Of a stretch of DNA of 64,000 nt, positions 27,723 through 37,900 are shown piece after piece (position 1 is the stretch's first letter; each line of letters starts with the position of its first letter). Below the pieces are notes generated by a model that saw only the letters and a program-made list of their open reading frames with translations, did not search any database and was not told where the DNA came from. Source of the stretch: Nannocystis bainbridge. Lineage in GTDB: Bacteria > Myxococcota_A > Polyangia > Nannocystales > Nannocystaceae. The stretch is from positions 1,088,001 through 1,152,000 of the forward strand of contig NZ_JAQNDL010000001.1 of the NCBI RefSeq assembly GCF_028368995.1, in the 5' to 3' direction. The position numbers and the translations under genes were made by a program.

Positions 27723-30700
27723 TTACTCCGTGACCTTGATTTTGATCTTGGTCCCGTTCGGCAGGCCACGGCAAGCCGCGCCGATGCAAGCTCCCGCACC
27801 TCGGTTGTCGCCGGGAGCGACTGGGCGAACACTTGCGCCAGTGCCGCCCTCACGAGTGAAAGCCGGGGGGTACTCGTCCCGATCCATCCCCTTCACAGGG
27901 GCGTGCCCGCGGAGAGCCTCAGAGCGATTGGGGCGGGCCCCGGAACGATCGATCGTCAACTCCATGGGGTGACCTGCCCGTTGCGCGTCACTTGTATGTG
28001 CAGCCGAGCCCGGGAAGCGCGACCTGCTGAGAGGGATCTCGACCGGCTTGGTGTACTTCTCGATGGCCTTCGCGGCCTCGCCGTAGTCACGGCGTTCGAC
28101 GCGCTTGACGGCGTCGGCCACGTTGTCGGCGCCGCGGACGTAGCGGTACGCGTCCTTCGCGTCGCCGGCGCTGACGGGCAGCGCTTCGGAGGCGAGCGAC
28201 ACCAGGGCGACCCCGCGATCGACCCAGGAGGACGCCGGGTTCACGACGGTCCACGCGTCGTCGACGATGCCCATGAAGGCGTCGAGGCCGTTGCCCCCCT
28301 TGGCGATCGAGCGGCCGGCCTTGGCGAGCTTCGACCAGAAGCTGTGGCCGTCCGGGTCGACGTTGGCGACCGGGTTGTTCGCCGCGTAGCGGTAGAGGTT
28401 GCGCTCGCCGGCGTTGTCGAGGTCGGCGCCGGGCTCGTACAGGAACCGCGGGTCCGGCGTGGCCCAGCGACCGAGCGCCGGGAGGTAGTGCCGCGCGCCG
28501 ATCGTGACCGCGCCGGCGAGCGCGAGGTCTTCCTTGTCGGTGAAGCGGTAGATCGGGCCGGCGGCCTGCCCCTCGCGCCACGCGGTGTGCGGCGCGCCGT
28601 AGGCGGTGTTCGCGTCGCGGGCGACGACCTCGCCGCGGTGGTCCAGGATCAGCGCAGCGCTCCCGAGGCGGTCGGCCACGTGCCACCGCGTCTGCGTGTC
28701 CGGAAGGAGCGACGCGGCGCCGGGCTCGTGCCGGCAGCTCTGCGCGCCGAGGACGAGCGCGAGCACGGCGGCGAGACGCCCGAGCTGGGGCCGCGACCGG
28801 GCGAGGCCGACGACGAACAGAACGAGCGCGACGAGCAGCGCCGCGGCCGCGGGCCGGTATCCGCCGCGGGGGAGCTTCGCCGGGGCCTCGGCGATGCGCT
28901 CGCCGCCCCAGGTGATCCATCGGACGAGGCGGCCATCGCGGACCTCGATCGCGGGGGTCAAGTAGAGGGTCTCGTGGGCCAGCGCGCCGGCGGCGGTGTA
29001 CTCGCGTCGGATCGCCTCTCGACCCGCGTGGTCGTAGACGTGCTCGGTGCGCTGCCCGTCCTCGGCGACGAACGACGCGAGGTGGTCAAGGGGGTCCCAG
29101 CGCCAGGTGCCGGGAGGAAGCGGGCCGTCCCCCGCGACTCGCGTCAGTCGCCCGGCGTCGTCGTACGCGAGGTGCTGTCCGTGCGCGTCGGCGACGGCAT
29201 GCGGATGCGAGCGGTCGTAGGTGAACGCCGCACCGGCGAAGCTCGAGAGGTTGCCGTCGTCGGTGTATGCGAACGCCTGGACCTTGCCGGCCTCCTCGGC
29301 GCGCACCAGGCGGTGCTGGTCGTCGTACTGGTATCGCGCGTCGAGCGAGGGGCTGTGCGGTGTCGGGCCGACGAGGTCACGCGTCTCGCCGAGGAGGCCC
29401 GCGGCGTCGTACGCGTGGGTGAGCGCGCGCAGCGTGGCGACGTCGGTGATGACGCGCTCGCCGAGCTGGCGACCGGCGTGGTCGAGCTCGCGGGTGCGGG
29501 TCACGCCGTTGGCCAGGTCAATCCGGGTCCACCGCCCCGCGGCGTCGAGCACGGCGCCATCGATCCACCCGGCGAGCGGCGCCTCGAGGCCGCGCGCCGT
29601 GTACTGCCGCTCGAAGCCGCTGCCGTCCGGGTACTCCTCGCGCAGCGGTCGGTTCTGGGCGTCGTGGTCGGTGCGCACGGTCAGCGTCACCGGACCCGCA
29701 TGCGCCGCGAAGCGGCGGGTCTGGAGGTTGACGTTGCCGCGGGCGTCATGGCCGATCTCGAGGTGCCCGGCGTCGTCGTCGACGCGGCTCAGATAGCCAC
29801 GCTCCCAGGGACCGGGACCGTCGTAGGTGCGGGTCGACTCGCGCGCCGCCTTGCCCTCGGGGGTGAGCGCGAGCTCGTGTACGAGCCGGCCGGCGCGATC
29901 GTGGGACCATCGCACGCGGGCGCCGGTGGCGGTGACACGTTCGATCAGGCGGCCAGCATCGTCGTAGCGCTGGACGATGTGACCGGCGTCGGGGCTGTCG
30001 ATCGCCGTGAGGCGGCCGGCGCCGTCGTAGGTGTACCGGCTCTCGTGACCGGCGGGATCGGTGTGCGAGACGACGCCCCCTGCGGCGTCGAAGCCATAGC
30101 GGTCGCGGATGATCCGGTCGACCCGATGGGACTCGAGCAGCGTGGTGCGCCCGAGCCCGTCTTGCAGCCTGCGCTCGGGGGTGTCGGCGTACGGCGGTTC
30201 GGGGTGCAGATCTTCGTGCTCTCGAAGCTCGCTCCGCAGCGGGCCGTAGGCGGTGGCCGTGTCACGGCCGTCCGCGTCGCGGGTGTGCGTGACGCGGCCG
30301 AGCGCGTCGTAGGCGTGACGCGCTCGAGGCCAGTCGGTCGCCGGCGTCGGCGGTTGGCCCGGAGTGAGGCTGGAAGCCGGGACCGCGTGCGGCGTGAACT
30401 GCTCGGCGACCTCGCCCTCGGCGGTGTAGACGATCGCCTCCGCGACGATCGCGGCGACCCCAGCGTCGTCCGCTGTCACCCGCGCGAGCGAGCGGCCCAG
30501 GCCGTCGAGGTGCTGAATGCTCGTCTCGATCTCGGGCGCGCCGCGGTGCTTGCGCAGCTCGGTGACGACCGCGGGCGCGCCGGCGTCGCCGGCGAGGAAG
30601 TAGTGATAGCGGCGGGTCGGCAGCTCCGCGGAGTCTCCGTGCTCGACATCCGCGACCAGGCGACCGAGGCGGTCGTACTCGAACGAGCGCGCGGCGCCGT

Positions 30701-33566
30701 TCGGTGCGACGACCTGCGTGGGGTGGCCGATCGCCGGATCCCAGGTGGCGCGCGTCGTGAGGGCCTCTTCGCTCGCTAGGAGGAGACGCTCCTCGAGAGG
30801 GTACAGACCGCTCGTGTCGTAGCGGCGCTCGAGCGTGCCGTCCTCGCCGTCGCGGATCCGGGTGACGTTGCCGTGGGCGTCGACGCGCTGACGCAGGGTC
30901 GGGATCCAGGTGTCGCCCGCGAGCCAGGTCTCCACGCGGCTGACGACGCCCCGCGCGCCGAGCTGGCCGAGCGGCATGCCGCGCTCCTCCGGGCCGTCGT
31001 AGTACGTGCGCGTCGCGCTGACCTGGGTGCCGTCCGCCTCGGCGACCACGATCTCGGCGATGCGGTCGCGCGGCGCGTCGGCTGATTCCGCGGTCGCATA
31101 GGCGTGCGTCGTGATGCGCTCGTCGCCGGGGACATCGACGCCGGTCGTGCGGTCGACGCGGCCGAGCGCGCGCTCCTCGAGCAGGTTGCCCCACGCGTCG
31201 AAGTCCCACTCGGTCCGCGTCCGCGCCGCGGCGGCCTCCGGCCCGGCCTCGACGTGATAGGTGTCCGTGGCGCGCCGGCGCACGGCCCGGACGCCTGGCG
31301 CGGGCGCGTCGATCTCGAGTTCGTGCTCGTCTCGCACGAGCACACCGCGAGGGCTCCGCGTCTCGCTCGTCACGAGTTGGAGCTTGCGCGCCTCGTCGTC
31401 CTGCCCGAGGTCGTAGCGCGCGACCTCGGTGGAGGCCTCGGTGAAGGCGTCGCCGGGGCGCTCGATCCGCAGCTCCGCGAAGCCGCGGAACTCGCCGCGC
31501 GCCGGGTCGTACCAGCCGTCCCGCACGTGGTGCGCCGCCGCCCGCGTCCAGGGCGTGTGCGCGTCGGCCTCGCGCGACTTGGCGAGCACTGGGGTCGCTG
31601 CTGGCGGCGTGAAGGACCACGACGCGCCGGCGTCCGCGTCGGCGAGCGCAAGGGCGGCAGCGGTCGTGTACGTGAACGCGTGCGAGTAGCCGAGCGCCGT
31701 CCGCACGCCCGCGAGCAGACCCGGACGCGCGCCGATGGAACACACGCGCCACGGATCGGAGCCGTCCGTGTCGATCCGGAGCACGTCGATCGTCCCGTTC
31801 GCGTCGACGTCGCTCAGGATGAGGACCTCGTCGGCCTGAACTTCGGGCCAGGTCTTAGTAAGCGCCTGGGCGAAGCTTCCGTCGAGCTGGTTGACATGGA
31901 CCTCGAGCGCGGCGCCTAGGCGGACAAGATCCGCGGCACCGTCGCTGTTCACGTCGGAGAGCTCCCAGCGCTCGTGCTCGATCATCGCCGGCACGCCCGC
32001 GAGCTCCACCGGGTCGGCGAAGAAGCCCCGCCCCTCGCCGCCGGCGACGAGGACGCGGCTCTCGCTCTGCATCACCCTGACGAGCTCGGGGATCCGGTCG
32101 CCGTCCATGTCCGCGAGTTGCACGCCCGGGTCGCCGAGGCGCATGCCGGCGGGCGGCGGCGGGACCGCCTCGGCCTCGAGGTAGCCCGGCTGGTCACGGT
32201 GGCGCAGCCAGATCCAGCCGTCCGCGTCGTCATGCCGCAGGACGTCGATGCGACCGTCGAGGTTGAGGTCGACGACGGCGACCTGCGGATCAGCGAGCTC
32301 GAAGCTGACGTCGAGCGTGATCGGCGTGACCTCGCCGAAGGGCGCGCCGCTCGTCGTCGTGTACGCCCACACCTCGTCAGCATTGGGCTGCGCGAGCAAG
32401 TCCTCGATGCCGTCGCCGGTGAGATCGGCGAACCGCGCGGACTTCGTGAGCGCGAGCGCCGGCGAGGGGATGTCCGTCCAGGTCGCGGCGAGTGAGTCGC
32501 CGCGACCCTTGCGGTAGCGCCACGCGCCTGGCGACGCGTCGAGGAGATCGGGGAGCGCGTCGCCGTCGATGTCGACCCACGCTCGGCCGTCGGCGGTCGG
32601 ATCGAGCGCCGGCGCCCCGGCGAAGACTGCGACGCGCGCCTCGTCGGCGGCGCCCGTGTAGTCCAGGTGCCAGGATGGGAGCGCGGCTCCGTCGCTCGCA
32701 ACAGTGCGGATGGTGATCAACCTGCTGGAGGGGATCCACGCGTCGCTCGAGTAGTCGAGGGTCGTGGTCCGCAAGACAGCGCCGTCGAACTCGGTGGCGA
32801 TCGTGCGCAGACGGTGCCGCAGCTCCGTCGTGAAGCCGGGGGCGCGCGAGCGGACGATGTCGGGCCGCGCCTCGTACTCAAGCCGCACGACAGCGCGACC
32901 GTCGTCGTATCGGATCGCGGCCAAGAGCGGCGGGGACCCTTCGAGGCGGACGTACTCGAAGTCGAGGCGGTTGCCGTGAGGATCTGTGACCGCGGAGAGT
33001 TCGAGGCGGTAGACGTTGCCGTTCTCCTCGAGGCGGGCCTCGGGCTCGATCCCGAAGAGGTAGCCCGTCCCATCCGTCGTGACGGCCGACATGGCGCCTC
33101 CCGCCAGCGCGCGGACGACCACCGGCGTGCCCTGCTCGATGCGTTCGCGGTAGACGCCATCCTCGACCTCGACGAGGTCCTCGCCACCTCCGAGGCCGCG
33201 GAGCTTCCAGCGGTCGGTGCCGTCGTAACGCGGGAGCCCTCCATGAAGGGAGCGCTCGATGGCGGGCTGCTCCAACGACCAGCCGAGGCCGACAGGACCC
33301 GAGCCGCTACCCGCATCGTACTGAAGTGCGATTTGGGGCTCGAGGCCGGCTCGCCCCGGGGGCACCTCAAGCGCGTAGCGAATCGACGGAAGCCCGCTCG
33401 CCGCGCTCACGTCGTACCCTTGACCGTGCCCCTCGATGGTCGCTGGACCCTTGGGGAGATTGATCGCGGTCGCGAGCGTCGCGCTGGTGTCGGCGTGGAC
33501 GAGCGTCGGGGCGAGCCAGGCGCCGAGTGCCAGCACGCCGATGAGGGAAGACAGCGATGCACGCAT
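27723..33566 (-). CDS. Signal-peptide TcB-TcC fusion: SpvB, FG-GAP, TcdB-midN, YD/Rhs repeats, Rhs core and C-terminal NucA/NucB nuclease
   Basis: EVPPGRAGLEPQIALQYDAGSGSGPVGLGWSL (SpvB), DxDGDG FG-GAP loops, GWYDPARGEFRGF, YD repeats, ARHYLPALGRWATPDP...NPVANVDPDG core. Tail DRDEYPPAFTREGGTGASVRPVAPGDNRGAG matches the NucB family. Confidence 0.93.
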   Translation of the reverse strand: MRASLSSLIGVLALGAWLAPTLVHADTSATLATAINLPKGPATIEGHGQGYDVSAASGLPSIRYALEVPPGRAGLEPQIALQYDAGSGSGPVGLGWSLEQPAIERSLHGGLPRYDGTDRWKLRGLGGGEDLVEVEDGVYRERIEQGTPVVVRALAGGAMSAVTTDGTGYLFGIEPEARLEENGNVYRLELSAVTDPHGNRLDFEYVRLEGSPPLLAAIRYDDGRAVVRLEYEARPDIVRSRAPGFTTELRHRLRTIATEFDGAVLRTTTLDYSSDAWIPSSRLITIRTVASDGAALPSWHLDYTGAADEARVAVFAGAPALDPTADGRAWVDIDGDALPDLLDASPGAWRYRKGRGDSLAATWTDIPSPALALTKSARFADLTGDGIEDLLAQPNADEVWAYTTTSGAPFGEVTPITLDVSFELADPQVAVVDLNLDGRIDVLRHDDADGWIWLRHRDQPGYLEAEAVPPPPAGMRLGDPGVQLADMDGDRIPELVRVMQSESRVLVAGGEGRGFFADPVELAGVPAMIEHERWELSDVNSDGAADLVRLGAALEVHVNQLDGSFAQALTKTWPEVQADEVLILSDVDANGTIDVLRIDTDGSDPWRVCSIGARPGLLAGVRTALGYSHAFTYTTAAALALADADAGASWSFTPPAATPVLAKSREADAHTPWTRAAAHHVRDGWYDPARGEFRGFAELRIERPGDAFTEASTEVARYDLGQDDEARKLQLVTSETRSPRGVLVRDEHELEIDAPAPGVRAVRRRATDTYHVEAGPEAAAARTRTEWDFDAWGNLLEERALGRVDRTTGVDVPGDERITTHAYATAESADAPRDRIAEIVVAEADGTQVSATRTYYDGPEERGMPLGQLGARGVVSRVETWLAGDTWIPTLRQRVDAHGNVTRIRDGEDGTLERRYDTSGLYPLEERLLLASEEALTTRATWDPAIGHPTQVVAPNGAARSFEYDRLGRLVADVEHGDSAELPTRRYHYFLAGDAGAPAVVTELRKHRGAPEIETSIQHLDGLGRSLARVTADDAGVAAIVAEAIVYTAEGEVAEQFTPHAVPASSLTPGQPPTPATDWPRARHAYDALGRVTHTRDADGRDTATAYGPLRSELREHEDLHPEPPYADTPERRLQDGLGRTTLLESHRVDRIIRDRYGFDAAGGVVSHTDPAGHESRYTYDGAGRLTAIDSPDAGHIVQRYDDAGRLIERVTATGARVRWSHDRAGRLVHELALTPEGKAARESTRTYDGPGPWERGYLSRVDDDAGHLEIGHDARGNVNLQTRRFAAHAGPVTLTVRTDHDAQNRPLREEYPDGSGFERQYTARGLEAPLAGWIDGAVLDAAGRWTRIDLANGVTRTRELDHAGRQLGERVITDVATLRALTHAYDAAGLLGETRDLVGPTPHSPSLDARYQYDDQHRLVRAEEAGKVQAFAYTDDGNLSSFAGAAFTYDRSHPHAVADAHGQHLAYDDAGRLTRVAGDGPLPPGTWRWDPLDHLASFVAEDGQRTEHVYDHAGREAIRREYTAAGALAHETLYLTPAIEVRDGRLVRWITWGGERIAEAPAKLPRGGYRPAAAALLVALVLFVVGLARSRPQLGRLAAVLALVLGAQSCRHEPGAASLLPDTQTRWHVADRLGSAALILDHRGEVVARDANTAYGAPHTAWREGQAAGPIYRFTDKEDLALAGAVTIGARHYLPALGRWATPDPRFLYEPGADLDNAGERNLYRYAANNPVANVDPDGHSFWSKLAKAGRSIAKGGNGLDAFMGIVDDAWTVVNPASSWVDRGVALVSLASEALPVSAGDAKDAYRYVRGADNVADAVKRVERRDYGEAAKAIEKYTKPVEIPLSRSRFPGSAAHTSDAQRAGHPMELTIDRSGARPNRSEALRGHAPVKGMDRDEYPPAFTREGGTGASVRPVAPGDNRGAGACIGAACRGLPNGTKIKIKVTE

Positions 33567-33602
33567 GACGGTCCTTTCGAGAGCGGCGACGTGGAGCCGT
33601 GG

Positions 33603-34109
33603 TTAGAAGCGCAGAGATAGCCCGAGAAACAGACCGCCTCGGCTGGGTCGTAGCAATGGGGTGAGTCGAGGCGGCGTGCGAGAGAGGTGACGCTGACGAT
33701 CCTGCTCGTCGAGCCACTGGCGATAGCGGTCGCGCCTGCGCGTGCCCTTCACCAGCAGCGGAATACCAACGGCTATCGAGACGACGCCGGGCACGACGAG
33801 ATAGTTGGCCACGCCGAGGAGGACATCGGCCACCGGGAGGTCGTCCCGGCCGAAGCCGACCGCGAGGAACGGAATCCCGAAGGCGAGCGCCCCGCCGCCG
33901 AGGGCAGTCAATGCGATGCCGGCCCTGCGCAGGCCCACACCGTCGTCCTCGGTGTAGGCGGCGCCGAATTGCTGCTCGAGCGCGGCGTAACGGGCCCTCA
34001 CGCTCGCGGCGGCCGAGGCCGTTCGAGGACTCCCGCCCTCGGCAGGAGTCGAGACGAGGAGGAGCGCGAGCGCCACAATCGGGGCGAGAAATGAATGGTT
34101 CGTGGGCAT
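33603..34109 (-). CDS. Small exported membrane protein ending in aromatic beta-strand
   Basis: Signal peptide, two Gly-rich hydrophobic helices, C-terminus GGLFLGLSLRF. Confidence 0.75.
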   Translation of the reverse strand: MPTNHSFLAPIVALALLLVSTPAEGGSPRTASAAASVRARYAALEQQFGAAYTEDDGVGLRRAGIALTALGGGALAFGIPFLAVGFGRDDLPVADVLLGVANYLVVPGVVSIAVGIPLLVKGTRRRDRYRQWLDEQDRQRHLSRTPPRLTPLLRPSRGGLFLGLSLRF

Positions 34110-34142
34110 CGTGAATCCCTTGATGAACTTCAGGCCAGGCGC

Positions 34143-34910
34143 TCACGCGAAGTACGAGGAGTGTTCCTCGCTCGGTGAGGCTCGACTGCCCGGCTGGGCG
34201 CGAACCGACCTCGCTAGGACCGCCAGGCGCTCCGGGCTCACCAGCACGAGGAAGCGGCCCTCGCGGCGGACGACGCCCTTCGCTTCCAGCTGCCGAAGCT
34301 CGAGCGCGGCGGTCTCACGCGTCATGCAAGCGAACGCGGCGATCTCCTGTTGGGGCAGTCGCCACGGGAGCCGACACCCCTCCTCCGTGGTGATGCCGTG
34401 CACCGCAAACTCGAGGAGCACCGCGGCGACCTTCGACCTCGCGCTGTTCGTGAGCGCGGAGCACAGCCGCCCGGCAGAGCACGCCTGGCGCTCGATCAGC
34501 CGGGCATAGAGGGTCCGTTCCAGGTCGACGCGCGCGTCGAGCAAGCGGCGGAAGTCGTCCCGCGACAACTCGGAATAGACCACCGGAGTCGCGGCGAGCG
34601 CCATCGTGTCGCGCACCCGCGGTGTCCAGCAGCATTCCTCGCCGAACAGGTCCCCGCGGTGATGATGGGCGAGGCCGATCGCACCGCCGCCCGCGTCGAC
34701 GTGAAGCTCGTTGACGCGGCCGTCGTGGACGAGAAACACCTGACTGGCGACGTCTCCGGTGAGATACAGGACGTGCCGGCGCCGAACCGACCGGAGATGT
34801 CCTCGCTCCACGAGGGCTTGAAGCTGGATCTCTCCGATCCCCGCGAGGATGGGCTGAGACTGAAGGAGTTCGAAGTGCCGATCGATGGCCACGCGGACCT
34901 GACCTTTCAT
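34143..34910 (-). CDS. Crp/Fnr-family transcriptional regulator
   Basis: LYLTGD...VFLVHDGRV, GDLFGEE...RDT cNMP pocket, LPQQEIAAFACMTRETAALELRQL HTH. Confidence 0.9.
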   Translation of the reverse strand: MKGQVRVAIDRHFELLQSQPILAGIGEIQLQALVERGHLRSVRRRHVLYLTGDVASQVFLVHDGRVNELHVDAGGGAIGLAHHHRGDLFGEECCWTPRVRDTMALAATPVVYSELSRDDFRRLLDARVDLERTLYARLIERQACSAGRLCSALTNSARSKVAAVLLEFAVHGITTEEGCRLPWRLPQQEIAAFACMTRETAALELRQLEAKGVVRREGRFLVLVSPERLAVLARSVRAQPGSRASPSEEHSSYFA

Positions 34911-34984
34911 GCAGGAACGAAAAGGAAGGCCGCTGCCCGCACGGGAGGGGGACGATGCGTGCGGGCAGCGACCCGGAGGGAACT

Positions 34985-37900
34985 TCAGCCGCAGCCCGGG
35001 GTGAACAGCCCTTGCCCTTGCGGCGCGAGCGTGCCGGCACGGTGGCGGAGGCGCAGGACGACGTCGCTGATGCGGCGGACTTCGAGGTCGCGGTTCGCCG
35101 GCGCTCGGTCCGCGGCGGGGATCGTGAGCGTCCACTGCTCCCCGTGGACCGGCCACGCCGCGAACCCCCAGTTCGCGCCGGCCGTGCCCCAGTCGTTCAC
35201 GCCCGCCTGGACCACGAGCTCGTCGCGCTCGAAGCTGTACGGGACGTACGCGTCCCAGTCGGGCAGCTCAGCGCCGTCGCAGCGACGAACGCCGGCGAGC
35301 CCCTGGCGGGTGAGGATGACCTCGCCCTCGGCGTCGCCGAGGTAATCGCCGACGAGCTTCACCTCGATCTGCTCGAGGCGGTCGTCGCAGAGCGACGCCG
35401 AGAACAACGCGTGCTCGAAGGCGCTGAGCGTGAACGGCAGGTGGACCGAGCCGTCCGGCGCGCGGTGCAGTGGATCCGTGAGAAGCGCCGAGAATTGCTC
35501 GGCCGGCGTCGCCGGTGAGCCGTCGACGTCTGGGATGTCGGAGGCCATGCCGAAGATGTCGGCACGCAAGCTGACCTCCGTGACGTAGGCCTGCGGGGCG
35601 CCCTGCTCGAGCCGATAGTCCTCCGCGATCGTGTCGAGGCAGGCGAGGAGGTCCACGAAGTCCGCGGGCGCTCGCGCTGCAGCGAGCGAGTTGCGGAGTG
35701 TCGGGAACTCCTGGTTGATGTGGTACTCGAGCGCCCGGAGGGCCAGGTAGACCCGGCGCAGGGTTTGTTCGCGCGTCCGCAGGACGCGGCCTGCCGCGGC
35801 GAGGCGCGCCGCGAGGAAGTTCGGACGCTTGAGCGGGTTGTCGGGGCTGTCGTCCACCAGCAGGCCGACCGCGTTCGCCTGATCGATGAGCAGCGCGCCC
35901 ACCTCCTGAAACGCGCTCGACATCGCGGTCATCGCGGTGTCCCGCGCGAGCTCGGCTTCCTTCACCTCGATCTGCAGGAGCAGCGCCTCGGAGCGCAGGT
36001 TCTTGACGCGCGCCTCCGACTCGGCGCGGCGGACGTTGAGCTCGCCGGCGCGGATGATGGCGTCCATCTCGGCGTTGATCATGCGCAGCTCGAGATCCTC
36101 GTTGCGGCTGAGCTCGTCCATCTCGCCCGCGAGATCGGCGTTGGCCATGAGGCTCTCGCACTGGTTGTCCGTCGCGGCGACGTGCGCCGCCTTCTGGGCC
36201 TCGCACTGGTCTCTCGCCAGCACCAGACCCCGCCAGTCGGGCGTCGAGAAGCCGAAGACGCCGGGCCCGGAGAGCAACGCCTGCTGCGTCTGTTGCTTGC
36301 ACCCGGCGATGAGGGACTGGTACTCCGCGTTGGCGCTGGCGCGCACGCGGGTGCATTCGGCGATCGCAGCGGCCTGCTCCGCGGCCGACCGCGCCGTGCC
36401 GTAAGCGGTGACGACATTGATGATCTTCCCCTGGGCGTCGGCCACTGCCTGCTCGAGCTCCGCGTGCGCCGCGAGCTCCGCCGCGAACCGCTGCTCCTCC
36501 ACCTCGACCGCGTCGAGGTTGTTCTGCACCGCCTGCGCGGCGTGGTTGATGCGCAGCGTCGTCGCCTCGATGTTTGCCTGCAGCTCCGCGATCTGCCCGC
36601 CGTGGTCCCCGCAGGTCGCCAGATCCGGGCCATTCTCGCCGGGGCGGCTGCCGCAGTAGCCGCGGAGCTTGCCGCCGTATTCGTCCTGGATCCGCAGCGC
36701 GGTGGCCTGGAGGTCGTGGGACTTCGTCTCGTAGTCGCGGATCGCCTGCCAGGCCTCCGCCGCGACCTGCTCGAACATCTCGAGGTCCCCCGTCGCCATC
36801 GCTTTGACGGCCTCGAAATTCGTCCGGCCCTCGGTAATGGAAGCCTGATCCAGGGCGAGCGGCACATACGCCGCCGGGTAGCCGAACCAGCTCCTGCCTT
36901 CGGCGAGCTCCGTGTGTACGCCGGCGAGCGTGTCGAGCACGCTGCCGAGCGCCTGGAGCCCCGGAGCGGCGTCCGCATCATCAGCGAGGCGCTCCGCCAG
37001 CTCGGCGCTCGCCGCGTGCGCGGCGATCATCGCCAGGCGAACGGCCGTGCGGAGATCCGCCGCCTCTTGACCGGCGCGATGGCCGAGCCGGGCCCACGCA
37101 GCGGTCGCCCTGGCGTACTGGGCCAGCAGCTCGAGCGAGATGGTGCGCGCACGCGCCAGGGAGTCGTAGTCCGCGTTGTTCGCGAGCCACTCGAGGCTGA
37201 CGGGGTAGACCGGCGCCAGCGTCGGTGCCAGCGCGGCCGCGAGGCGCGTGCGGCTGGCCTCGAGCAGCTTCAGCTCTCGCGCGAGCGCGTCCGCGACGGG
37301 CTCCCCGAGGGAGTCCTTGAACGACAATGCGACATCGACCTCCGACTCGAGCGCCAGCAGCATGGCCGCCCGGCCCTCGTCCGCCGCGAACGTCGCCGCA
37401 AGGCGGATGAAGGCTTCGCCCCAGGGTCCGGGCGTCTGCGCCGCACCGGCACGGAAGAGCGCGTTGGCGCAGCGCAGCCCGTCGACGTCGAGGCAGGTTC
37501 GGCCGTCGTCCCCGTATTCGGGCGTCTCCGCCGTGCAGTCAGTCCAGGTGTCGCTGCCGGCGGGCGGGCTCACGTCCAGGTCTCCCTGAAGCGGGGCGAG
37601 GACCGCGTCGATGTTGAACGTCGCCTCGCGGAGGGCCTCGGCGCACTCGAGCCGGTCCGCGGCCGTGCATCCACCGGTCGCACAGGCGCTGCAGGCGGCG
37701 CTCGGCTCGACCAGGGCCTCATCGGTGCCGAAGGACTCTCCAAGCAGCACGCAGGCCTCGAAGTCGAGGCTCGGCGGCGCGAGCCACGTCGGCGCGGTCG
37801 CATCCTCGGGCACGTACGCCGCCGGGAGCACGAGGCCTCCGAGGGGTCCACGACGCCGCAGTACGAACGACCCCGCGAGCTCGACAGGCGTGGGGCGCAT

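Noticed and set aside
27723-33566. Rhs protein as a T6SS effector
   Set aside because: It has a Sec-type signal peptide and a SpvB/FG-GAP N-terminus rather than PAAR/VgrG, with no T6SS genes nearby.
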